A stretch of DNA of 32,000 bases, from contig JAXLZO010000001.1 of assembly GCA_046350815.1 (NCBI GenBank), forward strand, positions 600,001 through 632,000, written 5' to 3'. Source of the stretch: Candidatus Saccharimonadota bacterium. GTDB lineage: Bacteria > Patescibacteriota > Gracilibacteria > BD1-5 > UBA2023. This document shows, in pieces, positions 1 through 16,013 of this stretch (its first letter is position 1; each line of letters begins with the position of its first letter). The position numbers were made by a program, and so were the translations under genes. The notes beneath the pieces are model-generated. The model was given only the letters and a program-made list of their open reading frames with translations, ran no database searches and was not told the origin of the DNA.

Positions 1-267
1 ATCCACGGAGAAACTTTTGAGAAAATAATCAGCCAATAAAACCATCAGTCCTGATATGAGAAAACTTACCAGTCAGAATGTGAGAAGGCTGAGTGGAAAT
101 GTGAGTACTTTGAGAAGCGTTCCAATGGTTGCATTTACCACGCCGAGAACAAGTGTTACGATGAGCACATTGGTCCAATCACCAGAAATATGAACTCCAT
201 CGATGAGATAGTCTGTGAGCCAGATAGCAAGCATCGAGATGATGAGGTGGGCGAGAATTTTGAGCAT
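1..267 (-). CDS. DUF360 / phage-holin-4_2 (YvlD-like) small membrane protein; the 3' end runs off the window
   Basis: ORF 73..324(-) reads through an in-frame TGA at 73-75 down to position 1. The sequence MLKILAHLIISMLAIWLTDYLIDGVHISGDW...LVLGVVNATIGTLLKVLTFPLSLLTF[G]LVSFLISGLMVLLADYF fits the DUF360 pattern. ATG at 265-267 is preferred over GTG at 322-324. Confidence 0.6.
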
Positions 268-453
268 ATTGGAGAAATGAAAAAGAACGAGAACAATTAT
301 ACTACTTACTTTTCGGAAGTCCACAATGATGCCTTCTAGATAAGAGAATTGGTTGGCAAAAAAGAAAAATATTTCTATTAACTTAGAAGTATTTGTATTT
401 TAATTAGTCAAAATAGGGTAGTTACTATGGCTCAGAAAAACTTATAAATTCTT

Positions 454-795
454 CTATTCTCATTTTAGTTTTATTATTTTTTTCTTCAGTCTTTGTATAT
501 CATTTGAATTGGTATTACTCGCACCGTCAGTAAATTTATTACCAAAATAATCAAAGAGAAGATATCAGTTTGTTCAATATGCAGTATAGTAGCAAGTGTT
601 ATCCTCTTTTGAATAAAAAATTTCATCAATATAAGTTGCTCAATGTACTTTCCCTAGCTCTAGTAATTGCTCCATCATTCTATCTTTATTTTCAGTACAT
701 TCTTTCTTTCTTTCAAATAATTTATCGTTATTACTACATCCACTCAGTATAAAAATACATAAAGCTAATGAAATAGAAAAAGAGATTTTTCTCAT
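454..795 (-). CDS. small putative lipoprotein (113 aa), hypothetical
   Basis: Manual table-25 translation from ATG 793-795 gives MRKISFSISLALCIFILSGC|SNND..., a signal peptide plus LSGC lipobox. There are 4 in-frame TGA and a TAG stop at 454-456. The gene is invisible in the table-11 ORF track. Confidence 0.45.
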
Positions 796-894
796 AATTT
801 GATATTGATTATATGACATAATTATTTTGTTTAAATAAAAGAAATGTATTAGCTAAATTAAATATTTGATTAATGCCTTTAAAGAAAATAATAT

Positions 895-918
895 AAAAAT
901 ACAGACATCTGTATTTTT
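895..918 (-). terminator. intrinsic terminator hairpin just downstream of ftsH
   Basis: aaaaatacag-acat-ctgtattttt, with A/T runs on both sides, lies immediately 3' of the ftsH stop (928-930). Confidence 0.5.
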
Positions 919-927
919 ATATTATTT

Positions 928-2823
<1,896 letters not shown>

Positions 2824-2974
2824 TGCTTGCTTCTGAGCTTCGCTTATTTTTTGTTTTTTTACAGGCTTCTTATTTCACTTGGTCACTTTTGTCATGTGGT
2901 TGTTGCTAGAAAAGTAAATTTATAGTCTTCGTGGAAACACGAATGGCAGAGTATATAGGTTTTTTCTGAGAATA

Positions 2975-3016
2975 CAAACAAATTAGCACTTTATCGATAA
3001 AGTGCTAATTTGTTTG
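2975..3016. repeat. perfect 42-bp palindrome (19-bp stem, tcga centre) abutting the stop of the TraB-like gene
   Basis: caaacaaattagcacttta-tcga-taaagtgctaatttgtttg. No U-tract follows on either strand, so it may be a terminator or a protein-binding site. Confidence 0.6.
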
Positions 3017-4054
3017 CTAGAAAAGTGGAATACTTCCTATAAATTCCTGTTTAAGATTTGGATCTTTTGCTCGCAGAAGATCGATAATGCCGGATATATG
3101 AAGTGATCCATAGAGCACGAGAATATCTTTGTCACCCCGTTTTTGAATCGTATCGAATACATATTGATTGCGATCCAGAAGTATAGTATCAAAGAATGGA
3201 TCTCATCATCCGATGATTTCTTGGCTAAAGACTTCTTGGTGTCTGGTACTCAGAGAGAAAAGTGTTCGCAAGAGGAGAACTTGTAGTTGCCTTTCACGTT
3301 CATTTTTTGTTTGAAGAAGTTCTCAAAGATCATCTATATCTGTATCCGAAAAGAGGGTTGGTACATCTTCAGTAGCTGCGTTCTTCTTTGCTCGTTTTCG
3401 CTCTTCATAGAGCTCAACAATTTTATCGCTTGTCATATCTACATTATGCTCTCGATCATTTTCTGTGAGTGTATTTTGTTCTGACTGTGACGTAAGGTTC
3501 GCTTTTTTGGCGATCTCATCGTAGAATTTGTTCAAATCAGTGTTGAGAATCTCTTGGAGTCGTATGTTGCCGCTTTGTGTCCCTGACCCTACTCATTCAT
3601 AATATACTACACTTCCACTCTTTGCGAGATGTGTCCGAACTCGATCTTGTACATTTTGATAAAATTCTGGTGATGCAATATGTACCATGGAGACAAATGT
3701 AATAGTTTTATCTCCAGTTTCCACTTTGTATATGGGAAGTCTTGCTGGATTGTATATCGCATATTGATAGACAAATACTCCAATGAGAAGATACGATAGT
3801 GCTGAACAGACCGTAAGAAAAGTGGCAAGTTTTTCAAAAAACTGTCTTCGAAAAGAAATGGTAGAGGTATTATCTTTTTTTGCTCGTTTTCTCGATACTA
3901 TCAGAGAGATCACAAGAATGGGGGCAAGAAAAATGCCATTAAAGAAAATCTCGTTTCCAACGTGGATGATGCCTGATTGACCACCAAGTATCCATATGCT
4001 CGCTCAGAGGAGTATGAGCCAGTAGCTCAGAAATATGATATATTTTCGATGCAT
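3017..4054 (-). CDS. TraB/GumN (PrgY-like) family protein with N-terminal transmembrane segments
   Basis: ORFs 3323..3535 and 3593..3913 are in frame and extend through TGA codons (4004, 3593, 3323, 3206, 3203). ITFVSMVHIASPEFY...VVYYE[G]VGSG and ...DILVLYGSLHISGIIDLL resemble the TraB family N- and C-terminal motifs. ATG at 4052-4054; TAG stop at 3017. Confidence 0.5.
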
Positions 4055-4080
4055 GTTTTTATTATTTTTTGCCACGAAAT

Positions 4081-5070
4081 TTATTTAAGGGGGGTATCAT
4101 CTAGGAGGAGATTGCTGCGAGGAGAAACATCTGTGCTAGCTATCTGTCCTGGATTACTTTGAAAAGTCACATCTGATGTTAAGAGTCTCTTCTTGAGGGC
4201 TGCTTGAGTTCGAGGTCATACAATCCCTGCTGAGATATCTCGTTCATTACGAATCAGTTTTTCTTCTATTTGAAATCGTAGAAGTGCGACTCGAGTCGTT
4301 CCACTAAGTTTTCATTTTCATTTTTCTGGAATCTGTCACATATATCCAAGTCCAAAAAGAGCGTTTTGAAGTATCATTACTTCATCTTGATTGGATCCGA
4401 TTTTGAGTCAATCGAGACTTTCGACTTTTTCATCGATTTCCTTCTTCTTTGTTTCGTATGCAATTCGTGCTGCTTCTTGACGTTTGATCTCCTCTGGATC
4501 GACTATAATAGGAGTATCTTGAATATTTGGATAGAGTTTGGAAAAGTCTACTGAGAGTTCGCGTTTTGTTCCAACTGGATAGATCGTTCCTGTGACAGTT
4601 TTTCGTCCCCACGCCATTGCTCGTGTGAGACCAGCATCACCATAGCCCATCCAGATATCAAGCCTATCGGCAACATTTCCTGATCAACTTACGATCGCAC
4701 CTCCTCGATCTGATACTTTTCCAACACCTGTACTACCAAGATCAATATATTGACCAAATTGGTAGCTTCTTGGAGCTGCAATCATTCCAGGAAATACTTT
4801 TTCTCCTGATGCTCCATGCACACCTCGACCATTGAGCTTAACATCATCTTCATACGATCCGAGAAAATACCTCTTTTGACCTGGTACTGGAGAATAGTAT
4901 GCGGTAATGACAAATGTTTGAGTTCGTGGCTCGGTAATTTCGGATGCAAGGCTGAGTGAATCAGCGGCATAAAGAGTGTTACTCGATGTGAGACTCACGA
5001 GGAAAAATCAGGCAAGAGAGACAAGAAGGGTTGCTCTTGAAGAAAAGGACTGGGAAAGAAATGTAGTCAA
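4081..5070 (-). CDS. secreted 3D-domain (MltA/RlpA-like) protein with C-terminal peptidoglycan-binding domain
   Basis: ORFs 4684..4998 and 4408..4650 are in frame and continue to TAA at 4081. 3D-domain signature: VITAYYSPVPGQKRY...NGRGVHGASG...VSDRGGAIVS[G]GNVADRLDIWMGYG. C-terminal PG_binding_1-like stretch: ILQNALFGLGYM[G]QIPEK...TTRVALLRFQ. There is no in-frame ATG, so the start is uncertain (TTG 5068-5070 or GTG 4996-4998). Confidence 0.7.
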
Positions 5071-5292
5071 TACGCTATTTTTAAAATAAATGCCACAGCC
5101 CAATCAATTTTCCTGTTTTATTTTGGGTAGATTTTTGATTGAGACTTCCTTTTTTGATTGAGAAAATATCTGCTATTCAGGACGTGGAGAGCAACCATTA
5201 TAAGAAAAAATGAAAATCTGTAAAATAACCCTACTTTCTGTCGACAAAAAAGTGACAAGAGATATAATTATTCCCAATTTTTACAATTTTCT

Positions 5293-6063
5293 ATGTGAAG
5301 AGGTCCAACGGTTGCTCATCAAAAGGAGGTGAATGGAAGAGCAAGAGCAAAAGTATTTAGTCTCCATGCAAAGCTCATAGCACTTGCTGCTCGAAGTGGT
5401 GATGATCCATCTGCAAATCCTGCTCTCCTTGAGGCGATTGCAAAAGCACGAAAAGAAAATGTGCCCAATGACAATATTGATCGAGCGATCGCACGCTGAA
5501 GCGGAAAGGATAAAGATGCAAGTGAAATCATCGAAATGATATACGAATGATATTCCGCATGAGGTATTGCAGTTGTTGTTATGGTACTCACAGATAATCG
5601 CAATCGTACTGCTCCGAATATGCGTCATATATTTAGTCGATCAGGCGGCAATCTTGGAGAGACTGGAAGTATTAGTGGATTTGCTTTCGATTTCGTATGA
5701 GTGATTTCTTGAAAACTTTGAAATGTGATGCCTGATGCATTTGAAGAGTTATTACTTGAGACCAATGCTCGTGATTATACCATCGCTGATGGACATTTTG
5801 AGGTGATTACACCAGCCAATGAGCTCATGGCAACCAAAAATATACTTTCATCTCTGGTAACCATTGACTATGCTGAGCGTGAGTATCGTGCAAAATCTCC
5901 TATTGATCTTGATGATTTTGACAAAGTTCTCAAGCTCTATACACTCCTCTCAGACTTGAACGACGATGAAGACGTATCGAATGTTGCACATACAGCGATG
6001 GTGTCACCTGATATTTGGCAAAAAGCACATGATATGATAGAATCACAAAAATTCCGAACATAA
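5293..6063 (+). CDS. yebC: YebC/PmpR family DNA-binding transcriptional regulator
   Basis: M[G][66 protein letters not shown][G]SGKD...IYE[G]YSA[G]GIAVVV...[13 protein letters not shown] matches YebC end to end. Only the C-terminal third (5725..6063) is visible under table 11. Confidence 0.9.
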
Positions 6064-6075
6064 TCTTCTTTTCAT

Positions 6076-6471
6076 ATGACCGATATTACTCACGTACATT
6101 ATCTCGAGCGCAACGATCCTATTTATCGTGTTGCCTTGAATCACCCTGGTGCTGTTTTTGATGAAATATATTTTATACATCTCCTAGAGAATTCTCTTGC
6201 GCTTACGTATTCTGAGAAAAAAGAAGTGATTGATGCGATCCATCGTCTCTCTCAGTACCAGATTGATGAACTCGTTAAAGTATTTCTCGATGAACGTGAG
6301 CAATTCAAGGCTATTATGGAAGAGGAAAGCGAATCAATCATCAAACTCTATGAAGAAGCAAAGAAGAATTGGCTAATGATTATTGAACATTATACCACCG
6401 AAGAGCAGAAGAGTATTCAACAGGAGGTGGATCATGGGAAGCTTGATGAGATACGAAAGGCACTGATGTAA
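6076..6471 (+). CDS. hypothetical protein (131 aa, acidic, helical)
   Basis: Uninterrupted ORF packed tightly between yebC and a terminator. No family recognised. Confidence 0.55.
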   Translation: MTDITHVHYLERNDPIYRVALNHPGAVFDEIYFIHLLENSLALTYSEKKEVIDAIHRLSQYQIDELVKVFLDEREQFKAIMEEESESIIKLYEEAKKNWLMIIEHYTTEEQKSIQQEVDHGKLDEIRKALM

Positions 6472-6480
6472 TATCTATCA

Positions 6481-6510
6481 AATACTGATTTCTAGAAATC
6501 AGTATTTTTT
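6481..6510 (+). terminator. rho-independent terminator
   Basis: aatactgatt-tctaga-aatcagtatt followed by tttt. Confidence 0.7.
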
Positions 6511-6586
6511 GTTCGCTTCAGTGATTTGCTTTTTTGACTTTCTGCTTCTCAATCGTAGTATGGGGAAGATATACTTTTCTGAAATT

Positions 6587-9655
<3,069 letters not shown>

Positions 9656-9660
9656 TCTGA

Positions 9661-9688
9661 AAAAAATCTCCAGAAATGGAGATTTTTA
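9661..9688 (+). terminator. rho-independent terminator after leuS
   Basis: atctcca-gaaa-tggagat followed by ttttt. Confidence 0.7.
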
Positions 9689-9767
9689 TGTGAAAACTCT
9701 GTGAATTTCTTATGCACTTCCTTTTTTGTTTATATGATATTGATCATATTCATTTTCACTCACTCTT

Positions 9768-10388
9768 ATGAAATATTTTCTGTTACTTATGAGCTCTTTT
9801 TTTCTTGTAGCTCCTATCACAACATTTGCATCCACTTCAACCAAAGAGCTTCGCATTGTAGATCACCAAGTGTATCTTTTTGAAAATGGTATTCAGTGAA
9901 AAAAACTTACTACGAGAGGAAATGTAGATATTATTAATGGTCTTTTCCAAGGCTATGAAGATATTTGGGAAAAATGTGAGAAGGATTATACACTGAATCC
10001 AAGAGCATGTGATATTATTGGTTATGAAATTCTTTTTCAAGATTCCAATATTGCACTTGTACATAAAATTTATCATCCATCTGAGGCTGATGGAGCACTC
10101 CATACCTTATTTATTTTGAATACTCAAAAAATGAGTTTGGAAGATATCACAAAAAAAGTGCGTATTATTCAGGATGTTAACAGCGATTTTTCAAGCGATA
10201 GTACATGAAATATATATCATCAAAAAACGTATACAACGGTTAACGAAAATTATGGTGAATATCTAAGTAAGTTTCAGAAGCGAAAATTAACAAGATATGG
10301 ATATGTTTTTTATAAAGAAGAATCAGAGGGGTATGTAACATATCGAAAGTTAATAAATATTGAGCAACTTAAAAAGCTCATCAAATAA
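9768..10388 (+). CDS. secreted hypothetical protein, paralog 1 (206 aa)
   Basis: MKYFLLLMSSFFLVAPITTFASTSTKELRIVDHQVYLFENG... has a signal peptide. There are 2 in-frame TGA and a TAA stop. The N-terminal region is shared with the next gene. Confidence 0.6.
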
Positions 10389-10409
10389 TTTTTTTAAATT
10401 TATATTTTT

Positions 10410-11114
10410 ATGAGATATATTTCATTCGCAATTGCAACAATATTTCTTGCAATTCCCGTAACTCTCTTTGCATCCACCCCAACTAAAGAACTTCGTATCA
10501 TTGATTATCAGTTGTATCTTTTTGATGGAAATAAAAAGATACAACTTACAACCACATGAAATGCGGATATTATCGAATGAGCATTATGAGAAAAATTATC
10601 AGGGTATGAATCAGGTTATTCTAAGGATGAATGTGGTGTCAAAGTTTCGATGGATAAATGTTTAGCGATTTGATATTGAATACTGTTTCAAAACAAAGAT
10701 ATTGCAATAGTAAAAAGACGTGATTATTTTTCTCAAACAGACAGAACTAATATTATCGTTCTTGCAGTTAATTTTCATAATCGGGAACCGGTACTTCAGG
10801 ATATTACATATCTTCTCCCTTTACATAATATTTGAATATTAATTGATCAAAGTAGTGCTATAGATTACAGATATTCTCGTTTATTTGCTGATAAAAATGG
10901 TAATCTTGTTCATACATTAAAAAATAGTATTAAGGAAAATGGAAACGTCTTTGACTACGATCTTGATCTTTGGTATATTGATGCAGAAGGAAGAGAAGAT
11001 TTGAAATATCATGGATACAAAGAGAGAAAATTTTGAGCTGATATTGTAGTAAATCACAAAAAGATATCGCTTGAAAAACTAAAAAACTTTGCCTGAATTC
11101 CTCTTATGTACTAA
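10410..11114 (+). CDS. secreted hypothetical protein, paralog 2 (234 aa)
   Basis: MRYISFAIATIFLAIPVTLFASTPTKELRIIDYQLYLFDGN... There are about 8 in-frame TGA. Under table 25 the final TGA at 11094 is read through to TAA at 11112. Confidence 0.55.
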
Positions 11115-11139
11115 AATCTCCATTTTTGGAGATTTTTTT
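11115..11139 (+). terminator. rho-independent terminator
   Basis: atctcca-tttt-tggagat followed by ttttttt. The stem sequence is the same as in the terminator at 9661. Confidence 0.65.
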
Positions 11140-11198
11140 CTCAAAAAATTCATTTTCACTATACTCTGTGTCTCTCTTTCATTCTCTGTACTATTTCT

Positions 11199-12614
11199 AT
11201 GAAAAAACAAGATATTATCAACGAACTCAAAGTTGATAAACTCATATTTGGTGGCAAAGGACTTGGTGTACTTCCCGATGGTGTAAAAGTTATTATATCC
11301 GGTGGAGTGATTCCTGGATCGACTATCTCTGCTCGTGTGCTCAAATGCAAGACGACATTTGTCGAGGCTCAGATGCTCGAGACGATCGTTCCATCGCCGT
11401 ATGAGCGACCAGTTCCAGCTCCCTATGAGGTGTATCCCGGTGCAAAATGGATCACGATTGACTATGACAAGCAACTCGAGATCAAGGCGGATCAGATCAA
11501 AGAGGCTTTCCATACACTCAAGGATGAGGTGATCGGCGCTGTGTGGCATCCGATCGTTGCAAGTCATGACCTCTACGGATATCGTAATAAAGTAGAATTC
11601 TCTTTTGGGAAATATATCTCTGAACGCGAAGGTGTTCACGATGAGTTTCGATTTGGATTTCATGAACAGGGGAGTTATGACCGTATTCTCAACTTCAACT
11701 ATTGTGCGCTTGCGTCGGAGCGGGTGAATGAAATTGTAAAGCTTGCAGAATGATTTGCTCGATCAAGTGGGTTCGAGACCTATGACCCGAAGAGACATGA
11801 GGGATTCTTCCGTCATCTTGTGGTACGTGAGGGAAAACGAACAGATGAGATGATGCTCATCTGGAGTGTAAATCCTCCACCAGCAATCTCCAAGGAGCTC
11901 TTTCGTGAGTTTCAAGGGAAGCTTCTCGCTTGGTTCGATGATGTGAAAAAAACCCGATCCTATCTCACTGATCTTATTCTCCTCGAGAATAACTCAAAAG
12001 CAGATATCGTCACTGGTGAGGTCAATATTCTCTCCGGAGATGGAGTCATTCACGAGATGCTTCTTGAGAAGACATTTGCTATCCGACCAAAGAGCTTTTT
12101 TCAGGTGAATACCTATACGGCTGAGAGGCTCTATAGTGTTGTCAGGTCCATGATTCGATCACCTGGAGGCACGCTCCTCGATCTCTATGCTGGCACATCG
12201 ACGATCGGTATTATTCTCTCAGATCTCTATGATCATGTTGTGAGTGTTGAACTCGTTGCAAGCGCAACGGAGGATGCTCGTATCAATGCAACACTCAATG
12301 GAGTAGAGAATCTTGAAATTGTGAATGCAAAGGTTGAAGAATATCTTGTGACGGCGATGGAAAATAAAATAAAAGCAAATACTCTCATCATCGATCCGCC
12401 ACGCGATGGCATGCATCCAGATGCACTTGAGACGATTGCTAAGTTCGCAGCGAGCGAGATCATCTATGTATCATGCAATCCAGCAACGCTGACGAGAGAT
12501 CTCGAATATCTCCTCAGGAATACACCGTACACATTGACTGATATTACCCCAGTCGATATGTTCGCACATACACATCATATCGAGTGTGTGGTGAGATTGG
12601 AGCTGAAGAAATAA
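11199..12614 (+). CDS. RumA/TrmA-family 23S rRNA (uracil-5-)-methyltransferase with N-terminal TRAM domain
   Basis: ORFs 11199..11753 and 11820..12614 are in frame, joined by TGA at 11751. Motifs: SAM motif LLDLYAGTSTIG, DPPRDG, catalytic-Cys motif YVSCNPATLTRDL. Confidence 0.85.
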
Positions 12615-12618
12615 AAAA

Positions 12619-12646
12619 CAGACCTTCGTGAGAAGGTCTGTTTTTT
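12619..12646. terminator. bidirectional terminator between convergent genes
   Basis: acagaccttc-gtga-gaaggtctgt, flanked by an A-run upstream and a T-run downstream. Confidence 0.75.
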
Positions 12647-12789
12647 ATTTCGAAAATGTGATTTAATTAAGGGGTATCAACGTAGTTTGGAAGTTTCACT
12701 TTATCAAACTGTGAATTCGAGTTAGTGGAATAAGTATCTTTTACATACCCAGATGATGGACCATATATGGTACCATTTCCTGATGAGTA

Positions 12790-13700
12790 ATCTTGAAAAT
12801 TAAATGCACCCCCACCAATACTTGTAACACTATTCGGAATGGTCACTGAAGTGAGTCGATTTCCCTGAAATGCACCACCACCAATACTCGTCACACTGTT
12901 TGGAATCGTCACTGAAGTGAGTTGGTTGGACGAAAATGCAGAATTACCAATACTCATTACACTGTTTGGAATCGTCACTGAAGTGAATTGGTTGGACGAA
13001 AATGCAGAATTACCAATACTCATTACACTGTTTGGAATCGTCACTGATGTGAGTTGATTGGAATAAAATGCAACCTCACCAATACTCGTCACACTGTTTG
13101 GAATCGTCACCGAAGTGAGTTGGTTGTTCCTGAATGCACCGACACCAATATTCGTCACACTGTTTGGAATCGTCACCGAAGTGAGTTGATTATATGCAAA
13201 TGCAAACTCACTAATATATGTCACACTACTTGGAATGCTCACTGAGGTGAGTTGGTTGGAAGAAAATGCAGAATTACCAATACTCGTCACACTGTTTGGA
13301 ATCGTCACCGAAGTGAGTTGGTTGGAAGAAAATGCAGCCTCACCAATACTCGTCACACTGTTTGGAATCGTCACCGAAGTGAGTTGGTTGGAAGAAAATG
13401 CACCAACACTAATATATGTCACACTACTTGGAATGCTCACTGAAGTGAGTTGGTTGGAAGAAAATATACTACCGCCAATATACGTCAAACTATTTGGAAT
13501 AGTCACCGAAGTGAGTTGGTTGGAAGAAAATGCGCTGCCACCAATATATGTCAAACTATTTCAAAGAGTCAGGGAAGTGAGTTGGTTGTTCCGGAATGCA
13601 CCGACACCAATATACGTCACACTGTTTGGAATCGTCACCGAAGTGAGTTGATTGGACCAAAATGCACCCTGACCAATATATGTCAAACTATTTCAAAGAG
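12790..13700 (-). repeat. near-identical 66-bp (22-aa) tandem repeats encoding BspA-type leucine-rich repeats
   Basis: The unit [22 protein letters not shown] repeats. By manual count there are 18 LRR units in total, extending to about 13990, and the units in this interval are the most similar at the DNA level. Confidence 0.85.
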
Positions 13701-15959
13701 TCAGGGAAGTGAGTTGATTGTATTGGAATGCTCCATTATCAATGGTAATTACACTATTTGGAATAACAATGGAAGTAAGACGATTAAAGGTAAGTGGGGC
13801 ATATTGATTGCCCGCAAATGCAGAGTATCCAATAGTGATAACATTTTCAGGAATAGTCACTGATGTCAGCTGATTCCCAATGAATGCACTATTCCCAATA
13901 GCAAGAATACTATCTGGCATCATAACAGATGTCAAAAGTTTTGAAGCGAATGCCAAATTGCCAATGCTAGTAACATCTTGATTCCAAATTTTGGATGGTA
14001 TGACTACATCTTTTGTACAAGAGTTGCTATAATTCGTAATTGTGCCATTTGAGAAGCTAAAACATGAATAAGCATCTACTATCCATTGAGAGTTATTTCC
14101 ATTGAAGTTGATTTCAACCACTTTTCTCTCTTCAGTTTGTGCTACTTGAGTCTTGTACTCCACCTGATCTCCATTACTAATATTTGCAGATGTTACCCAA
14201 GCTCCTCAATTCACTCGAAACTCAGCACCACTGACACTGAGTGGTACAGGAGTAGAGATATTACTTGCTGTGACGATATTTGAAATAATGTCTGTGCCGA
14301 GAGCAGCATTAGTGATATTGAGTGGCATCGTGAGAGATGGTGGTCCATAAGAAGAAGTGATATTCCACGAGCTTATCTGTCCACCAAAATTAATACTAAT
14401 AGCCATACTAGCATTATAACGATTGATCTGTGTTTTATACTCGATTTGATCTCCATTGTTAATATGAGCACCGGTAACCCAAGTTCCTCCATTGACTCGA
14501 AATTCAACGCTGGGCATTGGTAGTGAAATGTTTGTTCCACCTATACCAGAAAAAAAGAGATAAACAGGCGTTGAGACATCACTTGCTGTGACAATATTTG
14601 AGATAATATCCGTGTTGATAGGAGCGTTCGTTATGTTCGTAGGGGACATAAGGAATGGCGTTCTAACTACCGCACTCACAATATCAGACCACGCACTTAC
14701 TACACCATATGCTTTTGTTGCTCGTATACGATAATAATAAGTAGCACCCCCCATCAATCAATTATGTGAATACTGTCGAGTTCCTCCTCCATCAGAGAAA
14801 TCTCAAAGATTCATGAAATTCACTCCATCCGTGGAATACTCAATATCAAATCAGGATTGCCCATCGGTAATAGCATCCCAAGAAAGAGTGATGCTATTTG
14901 ATATAATTCATGATGCGCTGACATTGGTTGGTACAACTGGTAACGTATCTGGTGCTGTGCATTGTGGTATCGAGTATTCACCTGAACCATCTGTATTCAT
15001 CCCACGTACTTTATAACAATAATATGCGCCATTAGTAAGTCCAGTATGCGTATATCCTGTCCCGGTGATACCAGAAACTTCTGTATAGCTTCCACCATCT
15101 ACATTCCATGCAAGAGTGTATGTATTTGCATTGTCTGCACTATTCCACGTCATAGAAACCTGGCTATCCGTAGGAGTAAGGGTGAGTCATGTTGGAGTAC
15201 TTGGTAAGACAGGTGGCGCATTTACACCCTCCATTCCTAAGATCCTCAACTCTCCAACTGTGTATGGTCACACAATAGATACACTCTCACATCCAAATAC
15301 CTGCACACTTCCAAGAGCTCAATCAGCTTCACAATTACTTATGTGATTTCCTTCAGAAACAACTATATTTGGAAAACCATTCCCTCCTTCCATCAAAATA
15401 ATTTGCTGCCCCTGAAAAAAGAGAATACTATCAATTTGTTTTCCATCTAAATCAGTTGGAGTAAGATCTCAGGCGGTAATAGTAGCAATATACGAAGCAT
15501 AGGGTCCAGATGCAAAACCAGGACCAACGTATCCATACATGGGTTGTCCAAGGAGTGTATACTCTCCCATAGTCAATACATACCCATCATTCCCTGATCA
15601 TCCCCCATCCCCACTTCCCGTACCACTTCAGTTGCTTCCGGTTCCACTATTGATCACTCTCAAAGCATCCTCACCGAAGCTTCCATCCTTCAGAGAAAGA
15701 AGAGATCAAGTAGAGATATCTGTAGATACATATTCATCAGCTCACTGTGATCACACTATGATATCAAGCGTACTTGCATCACTCAAAGAGATATCTCTAC
15801 TTCCTGTACCAGTCACTCCATTCTGAAGAGGTTGATTACTTCCTTTACTCACAAAGATACCAAGTCTATCTCCTGCAGAGTAGGGATATCTCGAAGAGAG
15901 ATCAGTAGTACTGCTATCGAGAGCATAAGCAGTATCGAAGGCGTGCGCCTTCGATACAA

Positions 15960-16013
15960 GGAGTGAATCTGATACGAAGAGTGAATCTGACGAAAAGAAT
16001 GAATCTGATGCGA
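15960..16013 (-). repeat. three 18-bp tandem repeats inside the surface-protein gene
   Basis: gagtgaatctgatacgaa / gagtgaatctgacgaaaa / gaatgaatctgatgcgaa, encoding FASDSFFSSDSLFVSDSL. Confidence 0.7.

Noticed and set aside
5281-5628. Minus-strand ORFs 5281..5628 and 5319..5603.
   Set aside because: They are antisense to the clearly homologous yebC reading frame on the plus strand.
13054-13863. Plus-strand repetitive ORFs (13054.., 13235.., 13252.., 13450..), and the idea that the 66-bp periodicity could be a CRISPR array.
   Set aside because: The repeats are contiguous with no unique spacers, and they encode a continuous LRR protein on the minus strand. The plus-strand ORFs are mirror artefacts of the repeat.
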